Shown here in pieces: positions 1-9,279 of a DNA stretch of 25,788 bases (position 1 is its first letter; every line of letters begins with the position of its first letter). A program made the translations under genes and the position numbers. Below the pieces are notes generated by a model that saw only the letters and a list, made by a program, of their open reading frames with translations, searched no databases and was not told the origin of the DNA. The stretch is from Acidobacteriota bacterium. GTDB taxonomy: Bacteria > Acidobacteriota > Thermoanaerobaculia > Multivoradales > UBA5704. The DNA lies in contig JBDTZG010000072.1 in NCBI GenBank assembly GCA_040005235.1, positions 1-25,788 of the forward strand. The letters run 5' to 3'.

Positions 1-234
1 ATCGCCGCCGGAGCCGATTACGTCAAGACCTCCACCGGCTTCGGCCCGGGCGGGGCGACGGTCGAAGACGTGGAGCTGCTCGCGAGGGTGGCCGCCGGCC
101 GGGCGCGGATCAAAGCCTCCGGCGGCATTCGCGACTTTCCGACCGCGAGCGCGATGATCGCGGCCGGCGCCGATCGGATCGGCACCTCGAACGGCGTCGC
201 GATTCTGGCCGAGTCCCGGGCCGCCGCCGGCTGA
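1..234 (+). CDS. deoC: Deoxyribose-phosphate aldolase, C-terminal part (gene starts upstream of window)
   Basis: Frame +1, not in the ORF track, reads [24 protein letters not shown]...IKASGGIRD...AGADRIGTS to TGA at 232-234; KTSTGF, KASGGIR and RIGTS are DeoC signatures. Confidence 0.95.
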   Translation: MAAGADYVKTSTGFGPGGATVEDVELLARVAAGRARIKASGGIRDFPTASAMIAAGADRIGTSNGVAILAESRAAAG

Positions 235-280
235 ATCAACGTCCACCCATTTCGCCATAGTTCCCCACGAAAGGCTTCGC

Positions 281-940
281 ATGGACACGCTGCACCTGCT
301 GCTCGACTATTTTCTTCACCTGGACAAGTACCTGAACCAGGCGGTGGCCGCGCTCGGCCCTTGGTTCTACGGGCTCTTGTTTACCATCGTGTTCAGCGAG
401 ACCGGCCTGGTGGTCATGCCTTTCCTGCCAGGCGACTCGCTGCTGTTCGCGGTCGGCGCGCTCGCCGCCTCGGAAGGTTCGCCGATCTCTCTCGTTCTGG
501 CGATCGTTCTGCTGATGATTGCCGCGGTTGCCGGCGACGCGGTCAATTACGCGGTCGGCAAGCGCCTGGGGCCGGCGGTCTTTCGTCGCGAGGATTCGCG
601 CTGGCTGAGCCGCAAGCATCTGGACCACGCGCAAGCGTTCTACGAGAAATACGGCGCCAAGACGATCGTCATCGCCCGATTCATTCCGATCGTGCGGACC
701 TTCGCGCCTTTCGTTGCGGGAATCGGCAAGATGTCCTACCGCCGCTTCGCGGCCTATAACGTGGTGGGCGGTGTCTCGTGGGTTCTCCTATTCACTCTCG
801 CTGGCTACTACTTCGGCAATTTCCCGCTGGTGAAGAACAATTTCCACTACGTGATCATCGCGATCATCGTCCTGTCGCTGATCCCGCCGGTGGTCGAGAT
901 CCTGCGCAATCGGCGCAGCCGCCGCAGCGGTCCGAAATGA
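281..940 (+). CDS. dedA: DedA family (SNARE-associated/VTT domain) membrane protein
   Basis: FSETGLVVMPFLPGDSLLF and ARFIPIVRTFAPFVAG motifs; hydrophobic 219 aa. Confidence 0.93.
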   Translation: MDTLHLLLDYFLHLDKYLNQAVAALGPWFYGLLFTIVFSETGLVVMPFLPGDSLLFAVGALAASEGSPISLVLAIVLLMIAAVAGDAVNYAVGKRLGPAVFRREDSRWLSRKHLDHAQAFYEKYGAKTIVIARFIPIVRTFAPFVAGIGKMSYRRFAAYNVVGGVSWVLLFTLAGYYFGNFPLVKNNFHYVIIAIIVLSLIPPVVEILRNRRSRRSGPK

Positions 941-969
941 AGGCTGCGAACCGGCTAAAATAGAACGCC

Positions 970-1329
970 ATGCGAGTCGCGCCCGAAGAGTTCGAAGCCC
1001 TGGTCGCCAAGGCGCTCGACGATCTGCCGGAGGAGTTCGCCAAACTGCTCGAAAACGTCGCGGTGGTGGTCGAAGAGGAGCCGACGGAAGAGGAGCTGGC
1101 ATCCGTCGATCTCGATCCGGAAGACGACCTGCTCGGCTTGTACCAAGGGGTGCCGCTCGCGGAGCGCGACTCGTTCTACGGCGGGTTGCCGGATCGGGTG
1201 GTGATCTACCGCGGGCCGATTCTGCGCCTCTGCTCGACCCGGCGCGAGGTGATCCGCGAAGTGCGCGACACGGTGGTCCACGAGCTGGGCCACCACTTCG
1301 GTCTCGACGAAGACGACATGCCGTATTGA
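970..1329 (+). CDS. Minimal zincin-like metallopeptidase (Zincin_1/DUF1025-like)
   Basis: LLGLYQGVPL, PDRVVIYRGPI and TVVHELGHHFGLDE (HExxH); acidic 119 aa. Confidence 0.88.
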   Translation: MRVAPEEFEALVAKALDDLPEEFAKLLENVAVVVEEEPTEEELASVDLDPEDDLLGLYQGVPLAERDSFYGGLPDRVVIYRGPILRLCSTRREVIREVRDTVVHELGHHFGLDEDDMPY

Positions 1330-1357
1330 GCCCCGCTTGTCGAGTCACTGAGCTTCA

Positions 1358-2989
1358 ATGCGCAAACCGCAAAAGCGCCTGATCCTGTTGATCGTCGTCG
1401 CGCCGACGATCCTGGTACTCGTCTCGGGCCTGCTCTACATGTCCGGCATGCGCCTGCTCGAAGGGCAGCCTCGCGGGTTTTGGGACAGCCTCTCGTGGGC
1501 GGCCGAGACGCTCACCACCACGGGCTATGGCGCCGATTCGCGCTGGCACCATCCGGCGATGGTGATTTTCGTCGCCCTGGTGCAGTTCGTCGGGGTGTTC
1601 CTGGTCTTCATGATTTTCCCCGTGTACTTGATCCCGGTGCTGGAGGAGCGGTTCCAGGCGCGCCTGCCGCGGCGGCTCGACAAGCCTTTGGAGGGTCACG
1701 TCGTGGTCTACCGCTACGGCCCAGCGGTCGAAAGCCTGCTCGGCGAGCTGGCGGCGGCGGGAATCGACAGCCTGGTACTCGAACCCGACGAAGCCCACGC
1801 GCGCGCGCTGTTCGAGGCCGGCCGCAAAGTGCTGCACCTCGGGCTCGGGGAAGGCGGTCTCGCCGCGGCGAATCTTGGCAAATCGCGGGCGTTGATCGCC
1901 AACGGCACGGACGCCGAAAACGCCACGGTGATCCTGGCCGCCCGCCAATCGGGCTACACCGGGCCGGTGCTCGCGATCGTCGAAGAGCCGTTCCACCGCC
2001 GACCGATCATGCTCGCCGGAGCGACGGCGACTTTTACCCCCCGACACATTCTCGGCGCCGCTCTCGCCGCGCGGGCGTCCGCCCGGATCGACCCGCGCGT
2101 CGCCGGCCTCCATGAGCTCGGCCGCCAGCTCGAAGTGGTCGAAATGCAGATCGGAGCCGAGAGCCCGCTGGTCGGCCAGACGCTCGAAACCGCCGAGGTG
2201 CGCACCCAAACCGGGGTGACCGTCCTCGGCCAGTGGATCGACGGCAAGCTCGTGGCGCCGCCGCCGCCGAACATGCAGCTGGTGGCCCAGGGGATTCTGG
2301 TCGTCATCGGCCCCGCCCCTGGCCTCGACCGGCTGACCGCGCTCGCCCGCGGGCCGGTCGCCCTGCGACGCAAGGGACCGTTTCTGATCGCGGGTTACGG
2401 CGAGGTCGGCCGAAAGGTGGCGGAGCTGCTGCGCGACGCCGGCGAAGAGGTCCACGTAGTCGATCGGGAACCGGGCTCAGGCGTGGACGAGGTCGGCTCC
2501 CTGCTCGATCCGAAGCTGCTCGACCGGTTGGACGTAAAGAACGCCCAAGCCGTCGTCCTGGCGCTGTCCAGCGACAGCGCCACGCTTTTTGCGACCGTGA
2601 TCTTGAAGGACCTGGCGCCCGAGGTGCCGGTGATCGCCCGGGTGAACGAAGCCGAAAACGTCGAGCGCATCCGCCGCGCGGGCGCCTATTTCTCGCTCTC
2701 GATCAGCCAGGTTTCGGGGCAGATGCTCGCCCGGAAGCTGCTCGGCCAAGAGGCCGTAGCGCTCGATCCCCGCTTGGAGATCTTGAAGGTTCCCGCCGAC
2801 GGCTTAGGGGGCCTTCGTCCCGGCGACCTCTCGATTCGAGAGCGGACCGGCTGCACGGTGGTCGCCGTCGAACGCGGCGAAGACGTGCTGGTCGAATTCG
2901 ACGCCGCGTTCCGCTTCGCCCCCAGCGACGGCGTCTACGTCTTCGGAACCACCCAAGACGTCCGCCGCTTCGAAGCGCGGATGGGGTAG
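1358..2989 (+). CDS. 2TM potassium channel-like protein with tandem RCK (TrkA_N/TrkA_C) domains
   Basis: TM-pore-TM with ETLTTTGYGAD filter; two RCK repeats, the second with the IAGYGEVG Rossmann motif. Confidence 0.88.
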   Translation: MRKPQKRLILLIVVAPTILVLVSGLLYMSGMRLLEGQPRGFWDSLSWAAETLTTTGYGADSRWHHPAMVIFVALVQFVGVFLVFMIFPVYLIPVLEERFQARLPRRLDKPLEGHVVVYRYGPAVESLLGELAAAGIDSLVLEPDEAHARALFEAGRKVLHLGLGEGGLAAANLGKSRALIANGTDAENATVILAARQSGYTGPVLAIVEEPFHRRPIMLAGATATFTPRHILGAALAARASARIDPRVAGLHELGRQLEVVEMQIGAESPLVGQTLETAEVRTQTGVTVLGQWIDGKLVAPPPPNMQLVAQGILVVIGPAPGLDRLTALARGPVALRRKGPFLIAGYGEVGRKVAELLRDAGEEVHVVDREPGSGVDEVGSLLDPKLLDRLDVKNAQAVVLALSSDSATLFATVILKDLAPEVPVIARVNEAENVERIRRAGAYFSLSISQVSGQMLARKLLGQEAVALDPRLEILKVPADGLGGLRPGDLSIRERTGCTVVAVERGEDVLVEFDAAFRFAPSDGVYVFGTTQDVRRFEARMG

Positions 2990-2998
2990 GGGCAGCCG

Positions 2999-3424
2999 TC
3001 AGCTCCAAGACCGCGGAGAGATCGTCGGGATCGTGCGCCTTCCCTGGCGGCGGTAGATCGAAAAATCCGCGTCGATCGTAACGACAACGCAATCTTCATA
3101 CAGTTCCGAAAGCCGGACCATGCAAGCGTCGGCAAACGACATCGGCCGATCTTGATAGCGAGTGATCAACCGCTGGAGCGCCGGAGCTTCCCGCCCGATC
3201 TCCAAGGGAAACGTGAGAACGCGGGCGGCGAAATCGAGCACGGCGATTGGACCTGCTTTGGTCTTCCGAAGGAGAAAGCAGGCTTCCGTGAGAACCGCTT
3301 CGCAGGAGATGAGCGGCGCCTCCAGGGTGGAGAATTTTTCCCGTGCCCACTCGTGGTGGCGGTCGCGAGGATTCAGGTAGGCGACGAGCGGCCCTGTGTC
3401 GAGAAGGATCTGTACCCGACTCAC
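2999..3424 (-). CDS. vapC: PIN-domain (VapC-like) toxin
   Basis: ILLDTGPLVA, EAVLTEA, MSFADAC and VTIDADF supply the acidic PIN residues; GTG start overlaps the antitoxin stop (GTGA). Confidence 0.88.
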   Translation of the reverse strand: MSRVQILLDTGPLVAYLNPRDRHHEWAREKFSTLEAPLISCEAVLTEACFLLRKTKAGPIAVLDFAARVLTFPLEIGREAPALQRLITRYQDRPMSFADACMVRLSELYEDCVVVTIDADFSIYRRQGRRTIPTISPRSWS

Positions 3425-3657
3425 TCCCCAAGGCCTTCGAGATAGACCGGGTTCGAGGACAGGTCCTCAGGTCCCGCCGCACAGCCCGCAAGGTCGAGGG
3501 TCTTGGCGAGCACCGACGAGCTTGGAGGGGCGTCGCTCGTCAAATACTCGGCGAGAGCTTCGCGGACGATCTCTGACCGGCTGACGTCTCGCCGCACCGC
3601 GAGATCTCCGATCTGTTCGTCGAGACTGTCAGGTACTTTGAGCGAGATGATCTTCAT
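3421..3657 (-). CDS. Ribbon-helix-helix (CopG-like) antitoxin
   Basis: MKIISLKVPDSLDEQIGDLAVRRDVSRSEIVREALAEYL RHH pattern; C-terminal GPEDLSSNPVYLEGLG; ATG at 3657 preferred to the ORF-track start at 3681. Confidence 0.85.
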   Translation of the reverse strand: MKIISLKVPDSLDEQIGDLAVRRDVSRSEIVREALAEYLTSDAPPSSSVLAKTLDLAGCAAGPEDLSSNPVYLEGLGE

Positions 3658-3661
3658 GACT

Positions 3662-3689
3662 TTGCCCTCTGGTATTACCAAGCTGGCAA
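3662..3689. promoter_or_regulatory. Candidate autoregulatory operator of the RHH/PIN operon
   Basis: TGGTA-T-TACCA palindrome (3670-3680) flanked by TTGCC...GGCAA, just upstream of the antitoxin start. Confidence 0.45.
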
Positions 3690-3715
3690 GAGTGTAAACC
3701 GGAGCCCCGAAATTT

Positions 3716-4024
3716 TCAAGCCTCGCCGCGCAGCTTCTCGATTTTGCTGTCGCGATTCTCTTCGATGCGCCGCCGTTCGCGGACGTAGTCCTCTTCTTCT
3801 TCGCGGCGGGCGTCGTGCTCGAAGAGGCCTTTGAGGCGGTCGCGGTGGAGGATTTCCAGCTCGGCGGTCTTCGCTTCGGCTTGGCTTCTGACCTCGGCGA
3901 TCTTTTCGCGTAGGGCGGTGGAGAATTCTTCGCCGCGCGGTCGTTCGATGCCCTGCTTTTCCATCCGTTCGAGCGCCAGCTCGTAGGCGGATTTCATTCC
4001 GACGGCCTTCTCTTTTTCGCTCAT
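3716..4024 (-). CDS. Small charged coiled-coil hypothetical protein (102 aa)
   Basis: C-terminal part of the 3716..5182 ORF from ATG 4024 (MSEKEKAVGMKSAYELALERM...); E/K/R-rich and helical, with no opposite-strand gene overlap. Confidence 0.75.
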   Translation of the reverse strand: MSEKEKAVGMKSAYELALERMEKQGIERPRGEEFSTALREKIAEVRSQAEAKTAELEILHRDRLKGLFEHDARREEEEDYVRERRRIEENRDSKIEKLRGEA

Positions 4025-4186
4025 GGCGCGAGCATAGCCCAACGGCGGGCCTCGGCTCGCGTCAAAATGGCGTACAAGAGAACCGTTGTAGGATGGAAAC
4101 CCTTTGATTTCAGGTATTTTGAGGCGGCACCCGTTTTGCTGCGCAGGGCGCGGGAGCATCCCGGTTTCATCTCCGAGGAGGGGTCG

Positions 4187-5242
4187 ATGATCGAAGCACA
4201 GAACCTGAGCCGTCGGTACGGCGACTTCACCGCCGTCGACGACGTCTCCTTCGCGGTCGGCGAGGGGGAAATTCTGGGGCTGCTGGGGCCGAACGGCGCC
4301 GGCAAGACCACCACGATCCGCATGATCACCGGGTTCCTGCCGCCCACCGGCGGGCGGGTCACCATCGGGGGGACGGACCTGTTCGAGGCTCCCGTCAAAG
4401 CTCGGCGGCAGATCGGCTACCTGCCGGAAAACGTCGCGCTCTACAGCGAAATGCGGGTCGGCGAGTACCTCGCCTACCGCGCGGGGCTCGAAGGGTTGAA
4501 GCGCGCCGAGGCCAAGCGGGCGTGCGAATCGGCGCAGGAGCGCTGCCTCCTCTCCGACGTGCGAAATCAGGTGATCGGCACCCTTTCCAAGGGCTATCGC
4601 CAGCGCGTCGGCCTCGCCACCGCGATCCTTCACGATCCGGAGGTTCTGGTTCTCGACGAGCCGACGGTCGGGCTCGATCCGAAACAGATCATCGCGATCC
4701 GCGAGCTGATCCGCGACCTCGGCCGCGAGCGGACTCTCATCCTTTCCACCCACATCCTGTCCGAGGTCGAGCTGCTCTGTAACCGGGTGCTGATCATCGA
4801 CAAGGGGCGGATCGTCGCCGAAGGTACCCCGGAGAGCCTGCGGCAAAGCTCGCGCGGCGCCTCCGAGATCCGCGTCGCGTTCGCCGGAGTCGCCGGAGTC
4901 GATGCCGCCGCCGCCGAGTCGGTGGCTTCGGTCGCCGAGATGTCCGCGGCCCTCGGAGCGCTGGCCGGCATCACCGCGGTGACACCGGGTGCGGAGGCGG
5001 GCGAATTCCGCCTCGCCGCGAGCGCCGAGGCCGATCCGCGGGCGGAGATCTTCCGCCTCGCGGTGGCCAAAGGCTGGACGCTGGTCGAGCTGGCGCAGAG
5101 CAAAGCGAGTCTTGAAGACGTCTTCGTCCGCCTGACCACGAACCGCCCGGTCGAGGCGGCGGAACCGATCGAAGACGATCATCCGGACCCTGCGAACGAT
5201 CGGGACGAGGCGGCCGAGCCGTCCGAGGAGGTGCCGTCGTGA
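4187..5242 (+). CDS. ABC transporter ATP-binding protein (GldA-like, ABC-2 type)
   Basis: Walker A GPNGAGKTT, signature LSKGYRQR, Walker B VLVLDEPT, H-loop LSTH; GAGGAG SD before ATG 4187. Confidence 0.93.
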   Translation: MIEAQNLSRRYGDFTAVDDVSFAVGEGEILGLLGPNGAGKTTTIRMITGFLPPTGGRVTIGGTDLFEAPVKARRQIGYLPENVALYSEMRVGEYLAYRAGLEGLKRAEAKRACESAQERCLLSDVRNQVIGTLSKGYRQRVGLATAILHDPEVLVLDEPTVGLDPKQIIAIRELIRDLGRERTLILSTHILSEVELLCNRVLIIDKGRIVAEGTPESLRQSSRGASEIRVAFAGVAGVDAAAAESVASVAEMSAALGALAGITAVTPGAEAGEFRLAASAEADPRAEIFRLAVAKGWTLVELAQSKASLEDVFVRLTTNRPVEAAEPIEDDHPDPANDRDEAAEPSEEVPS

Positions 5243-5970
5243 GAGCCGTCCTGGCGACCTATCTGCGCGAGCTGCGGGCGTATTTTCTTTCGCCGCTCGC
5301 CTACGTCGTGGCTTTTTTCTTCCTGGTGATCAACGGTGTGCTGTTCGGGATGATGATCACCCAGCTGGCCCAGCCCGGCGCGCCTTCCGGGCCGCCGATG
5401 GGCTACTTCTTCGGCTCGACCTGGTTGATCCTGATCGTGCTCGGCACGATCCTGCCGATGCGCCTGTTGTCCGAAGAGCTGCGCTCCGGCTCGATCGAGG
5501 TGCTGATGACCGCGCCGATCACCGAGGGCCAGGTGGTCGCCGGTAAGTACCTTGCCGCGCTCTCGTTTTTCGCCCTGCTCTGGCTGCCGACACTCGGCTA
5601 CGCCGGGATTCTCGCCCACTACGGCGAGGTCCAATGGGGGCCGATCGCCGCCGGCTACTTGAGCGTCCTCCTGGTCGGCGCGCTGTTCCTCTCCGTCGGC
5701 ACGTTCGCCTCGGCGATGACCAAGAGCCAATTGATCGCGGCGGTCATCACCTTTGCGATCCTGATCGTGCTGTTCCTGGTCGGCCTGCTCGAACAGCTCG
5801 CGAGCGGCGAAGTCTGGAAGAACGTTTTCGGCTATCTCGACATCAGCGCGGCGATGGACGAGCTGGGCAAAGGGGTGCTCGACACCCGGCGCCTCGTCTA
5901 TTACATCTCCACGAGTTGGTTCTTCCTGTTCTTGACCAGCCGGGCGCTCGAAGACCGGAAGTGGAGGTAA
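5239..5970 (+). CDS. ABC-2 permease (GldF-like)
   Basis: RELRAYFLSPLAYV, MRLLSEELRSGSIEVLMTAPI and GVLDTRRLVYY; about 6 TM helices; GTGA overlap with the ATPase gene. Confidence 0.9.
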   Translation: MRAVLATYLRELRAYFLSPLAYVVAFFFLVINGVLFGMMITQLAQPGAPSGPPMGYFFGSTWLILIVLGTILPMRLLSEELRSGSIEVLMTAPITEGQVVAGKYLAALSFFALLWLPTLGYAGILAHYGEVQWGPIAAGYLSVLLVGALFLSVGTFASAMTKSQLIAAVITFAILIVLFLVGLLEQLASGEVWKNVFGYLDISAAMDELGKGVLDTRRLVYYISTSWFFLFLTSRALEDRKWR

Positions 5971-5974
5971 CCGC

Positions 5975-7489
5975 ATGTCGGCCTCGAATCGTCAACTGAC
6001 CAAGACCGGTCTTCTCTCCGCGGGCATCCTGCTGGTTGCCGCCCTGCTCGGGATCGTCAACTACTTCGGCTGGAAGTACCACAAGCGCTTCGACTGGACC
6101 TCCACCGCGCTCTATTCGCTGTCGGAAAAGAGCGAGAAGGTGCTCAAGAGCCTCGACCGCGACGTCGAGATCGTCGTCCTCTTGTCGCCTCAAAAGCAGC
6201 AGGGACTCTTCGGTCCGACCAAAGAACTGCTCGATCGCTACGCCGCCGCTTCGCGACGCTTGAGGGTCCGCTACGTCGATCCGGAGCGCAATCCCGTCGA
6301 GGCACAGCAGCTCGCCCGCCAGTACGGGTTGGAGAACGCGAGCGTGGTGTTCATTTCCGGCGAAACCAAGAAGGTGGTCGATGCGGGCGACCTCGCCGAG
6401 TACGACTACTCCTCGATGGGCATGGGCGGCGGGCAGCCGACGATCGCGGCGTTTAAAGGCGAGCAGAAGTTCACCAATGCGCTGATTCAGCTCGGCCAGA
6501 CGCGGGAGCCCAAGGTTCTCTTCACCACCGGCCATGGCGAGGCGCAGCTCGACGGATTGGAAGAGCGAGGGTTGTCGTCGCTGCGCGAGCTGCTCAAGGG
6601 CGACGGCTATGCGGTCGAGCCCTGGGCTTCGCTCGGTCAGGCGGCGGTTCCCGTCGGCACCGACCTGGTGGTGATCGCCGGGCCGACGGCCAATTTCGTG
6701 CAGCCCGAGATCGACGCGATCGGCGCATATCTCGCGTCCGGCGGCCGGCTGCTCGCGCTGCTCGATCCCACCCTGTCCAAGACCTCTCCCGGTCTCGTCG
6801 CGACCGGCCTCGAACCGCTGCTGGCGAAATACGGCGTCCAGGTGGATAACGACATTCTCGTCGATCCCTCGAATCCGCTGCCGATGTTTGGCGCCGAGAC
6901 GCTGTTCTCGAATATTTACGGCCAGCATCCGATCGTCGAGCCGTTGTCGCGCCAGAGTCTGCCGATGCTGGTGAGCCTCGCGCGGTCGGTCCACGCGGTG
7001 TCCGGTCCGGCGGGCGCCCAGGTGTCCGAGCTGCTCAAGACCACCCCCGCCGGCTGGGGCGAGACGAATTTCGCCGCGCTCGACAAGGTGGGCAAGGACG
7101 ACTCCGATCTGCCGGGACCGCTCAGCTTAGGCGTCGCGGTCGGCGGCCCGAGCAAGCCGCCGGCTCCCGCCGACGACGACGCGCCGGCCCCGCCGCCGCC
7201 CGTCGACGATCCGTTGGCGCCGCGGCTGGTGGTGTTCGGCGACTCGGACCTTGCGACCAACCAATTCTGGAACGTCAACGTCGGCAACTCGACCGCGGTG
7301 GCCAACGCCGTCAACTGGCTGGTCGAGAGGAAGGACCTGATCGCGATCCCGCCGAAGAAGACCGAGCAGACCCATTTGACGCTCACCGGCAGCCAGCTGC
7401 GGAACATCTGGCTGATCATTCTCGGCCTGCTGCCGGGGCTCGCAATCGCGGCCGCGATCGGCGTCCGGATGCGTCGGCGGAGGCGGTAG
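5975..7489 (+). CDS. GldG-like ABC auxiliary component
   Basis: N-terminal TM, RFDWT..LYSLS, FTTGHGE, LVVIAGP, YLASGGRLL, RLVVFGDSD, NAVNWL, C-terminal TM with basic tail. Confidence 0.88.
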   Translation: MSASNRQLTKTGLLSAGILLVAALLGIVNYFGWKYHKRFDWTSTALYSLSEKSEKVLKSLDRDVEIVVLLSPQKQQGLFGPTKELLDRYAAASRRLRVRYVDPERNPVEAQQLARQYGLENASVVFISGETKKVVDAGDLAEYDYSSMGMGGGQPTIAAFKGEQKFTNALIQLGQTREPKVLFTTGHGEAQLDGLEERGLSSLRELLKGDGYAVEPWASLGQAAVPVGTDLVVIAGPTANFVQPEIDAIGAYLASGGRLLALLDPTLSKTSPGLVATGLEPLLAKYGVQVDNDILVDPSNPLPMFGAETLFSNIYGQHPIVEPLSRQSLPMLVSLARSVHAVSGPAGAQVSELLKTTPAGWGETNFAALDKVGKDDSDLPGPLSLGVAVGGPSKPPAPADDDAPAPPPPVDDPLAPRLVVFGDSDLATNQFWNVNVGNSTAVANAVNWLVERKDLIAIPPKKTEQTHLTLTGSQLRNIWLIILGLLPGLAIAAAIGVRMRRRRR

Positions 7490-7492
7490 ACG

Positions 7493-8947
7493 ATGAAGCC
7501 GCGCACTCTGCTGATTCTGCTGTTGCTGGTCGCCGGGCTCGGCTCGTTCATCGCGTTCTATGAGCGCAAAATGCCGTCCTCCGAGGAGCGGGACGCCCAA
7601 GCGAAGAAGATCTTCTCCTTCGGGCCCGGCGAGGTCCTGTCGCTCGCGATCGAACGGCAGGGCAGCCAGGGCGCGCCGCTCGCGTTCGAACGGATCGAGA
7701 AACCCGCCAAATCCGCCAAGCCTGAGGACAAGACGGGAGAGACCTCGGACGAGGCTCCGGCTCCGGCCGCGGAATCGATCACGGCCGCCGATTGGTCGTG
7801 GCGGATCGTCCATCCGCTCGCGGCGCGAGCCGATGCCGCGAGCGTCGGCCGGCTGGTCGACTCGCTCGTCGGACTCGAACGGAGCAGCACGATCGACGAC
7901 GTCGATCCCAAAGCGACCGGTCTCGACAAGCCAGAGGCGAAGATCCGCCTGAAGACGGCCGAAGGCACGACCGTGCTCGAAATCGGCGCCAAGGTGCCGG
8001 TCGGCGGCGAGCGGATCGTGCGGATCGAAGGAAAGTCCGAGGCGTATGCCGTCCCGGACGCTTTCTGGAACGACCTGCTGCGCGAGCCGGGCACCTGGCG
8101 CGACAAGCAGATCTTCTCGGGTGACCGCGAGGCGATCGAGCGGATCACCATCCGGCCGCCGCTGGCTCCAGGAGCTCCCGCCGCCTCCGAGGTCGTGCTC
8201 GCGAAGCATCCCGACGGCTACTGGCTCGAACGGCCGATCGCGGACCGGGCGGATCGCGACCTGGTGGAAGCTCTGCTCTCCGACCTCACCGGTTTGGCTG
8301 CCGACCGCTTCGTCGAGTCGCCGGCCTCCCCGGCCGAAATGGGGCTTGAACCGCCGAAAGGAACGATCGAAGTCGCGTCGAAGGGTCAGCCGCAGCCGTT
8401 CCACCTCGATCTCGGAGGCCTCGTCGGCGCCGCGGCGGACGGCGAGGCGCCTTCCACCTATGCCCGCGCCGGGGGCCAGTTGTTCACCACCAAGTCGCGA
8501 GTCGGCGAAGCGCTGATGCGTGGCGGCGAAGACTGGCGCTCCCGAGCGGTCTCCTCGATCGAGGTCTACCAGGTCGATTCGGTCCACGTCGAAGAAGACG
8601 GTGCGCCCCCGCTCGACGTGACACGCGCCGGTACCGACTGGCAGCGCGGCAAGGACACGATCTCGTACACCCCCGTCTCCGACCTGCTCTACGCGCTCTC
8701 CGAGCTGCGCGCCGAGAAGCTGATCGAAGGCCTCCCCAACGCCTTTGGCAAATCGAGTCTCATCATTACGCTCAAAGGGGCGGAGGGGAAGAAGGAGATC
8801 CTCCACTTCTACCCGGACGGGGCCGCCCGCCCCGACGACCGGCTCGTTTCGCTCGTGCTGGCCGCCGGCAAGCTCGCCGAGATCCAAGCCAAGGTGGCCG
8901 AGGTGCGCAAGGAGAAACCGATGGCGAAGGGGGCGGCGAAGCCGTAG
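7493..8947 (+). CDS. DUF4340-like membrane-anchored extracytoplasmic protein
   Basis: N-terminal anchor; repeated W.I..P...RAD...V..L...L..L and GL..P units; WRDKQIF; fourth gene of a Gld-like ABC operon. Confidence 0.78.
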   Translation: MKPRTLLILLLLVAGLGSFIAFYERKMPSSEERDAQAKKIFSFGPGEVLSLAIERQGSQGAPLAFERIEKPAKSAKPEDKTGETSDEAPAPAAESITAADWSWRIVHPLAARADAASVGRLVDSLVGLERSSTIDDVDPKATGLDKPEAKIRLKTAEGTTVLEIGAKVPVGGERIVRIEGKSEAYAVPDAFWNDLLREPGTWRDKQIFSGDREAIERITIRPPLAPGAPAASEVVLAKHPDGYWLERPIADRADRDLVEALLSDLTGLAADRFVESPASPAEMGLEPPKGTIEVASKGQPQPFHLDLGGLVGAAADGEAPSTYARAGGQLFTTKSRVGEALMRGGEDWRSRAVSSIEVYQVDSVHVEEDGAPPLDVTRAGTDWQRGKDTISYTPVSDLLYALSELRAEKLIEGLPNAFGKSSLIITLKGAEGKKEILHFYPDGAARPDDRLVSLVLAAGKLAEIQAKVAEVRKEKPMAKGAAKP

Positions 8948-8970
8948 GGGGTGGCTCGCCAGGCCGTTTG

Positions 8971-9003
8971 CCCAGGTTACCCAGGTTACCCAGGTTACCC
9001 AGG
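8971..9003. repeat. 9-bp tandem repeat CCCAGGTTA (about 3.7 copies)
   Basis: CCCAGGTTA at 8971, 8980 and 8989, plus partial CCCAGG at 8998. Confidence 0.9.
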
Positions 9004-9116
9004 CCGTTAGCCTGGGCTAACGTAACACGGCCCTTCAGGCCGTGGGAACGTGGGTGTGTGGAGGGGGCGGCCTGAAGGGCCGCGTCACGTTAGCCCAGGG
9101 CAACGCCCTGGGTAAC
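8994..9116. repeat. REP-like inverted doublet, family B (49-bp arms, each with an internal hairpin)
   Basis: 8994-9042 is an imperfect reverse complement of 9068-9116; internal hairpins CCCAGG-CCGTTAG-CCTGGG and CCCAGGG-CAACG-CCCTGGG; 25-nt loop. Confidence 0.8.
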
Positions 9117-9138
9117 GGAACGGGGTCGAACGGGATCA

Positions 9139-9255
9139 AACGGCCGGATGACCAACGGCCGGGATGACCAACGGCCGGATGACCAACGGCCGGGATGTCA
9201 AACGGCCGGGATGTCAAACGGCCGGGATGACAAACGGCCGGGATGACCAACGGCC
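9139..9255. repeat. 15/16-bp tandem repeat AACGGCCGG(G)ATG(A/T)C(C/A), 7 copies plus a partial
   Basis: Units start at 9139, 9154, 9170, 9185, 9201, 9217 and 9233, with a partial unit at 9249. Confidence 0.92.
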
Positions 9256-9279
9256 TGGAGGGCGAACCCCCCAGGCCGT
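9250..9279. terminator. GC-rich hairpin, possible terminator between convergent operons
   Basis: ACGGCCTGGAGGG-CGAA-CCCCCCAGGCCGT, 20 bp from the permease stop; only a TT follows on the minus strand, so the U-tract is weak. Confidence 0.4.

Noticed and set aside
3716-5182. 488-aa minus-strand ORF and other long antisense ORFs (e.g. 7127-8887, 12447-14294, 17855-19729)
   Set aside because: These are shadow ORFs expected from high-GC codon bias opposite real genes; only 3716-4024 is retained.
9139-9255. Possible CRISPR array
   Set aside because: Units are contiguous 15/16-mers with no unique spacers, and there are no cas genes; this is a tandem repeat.
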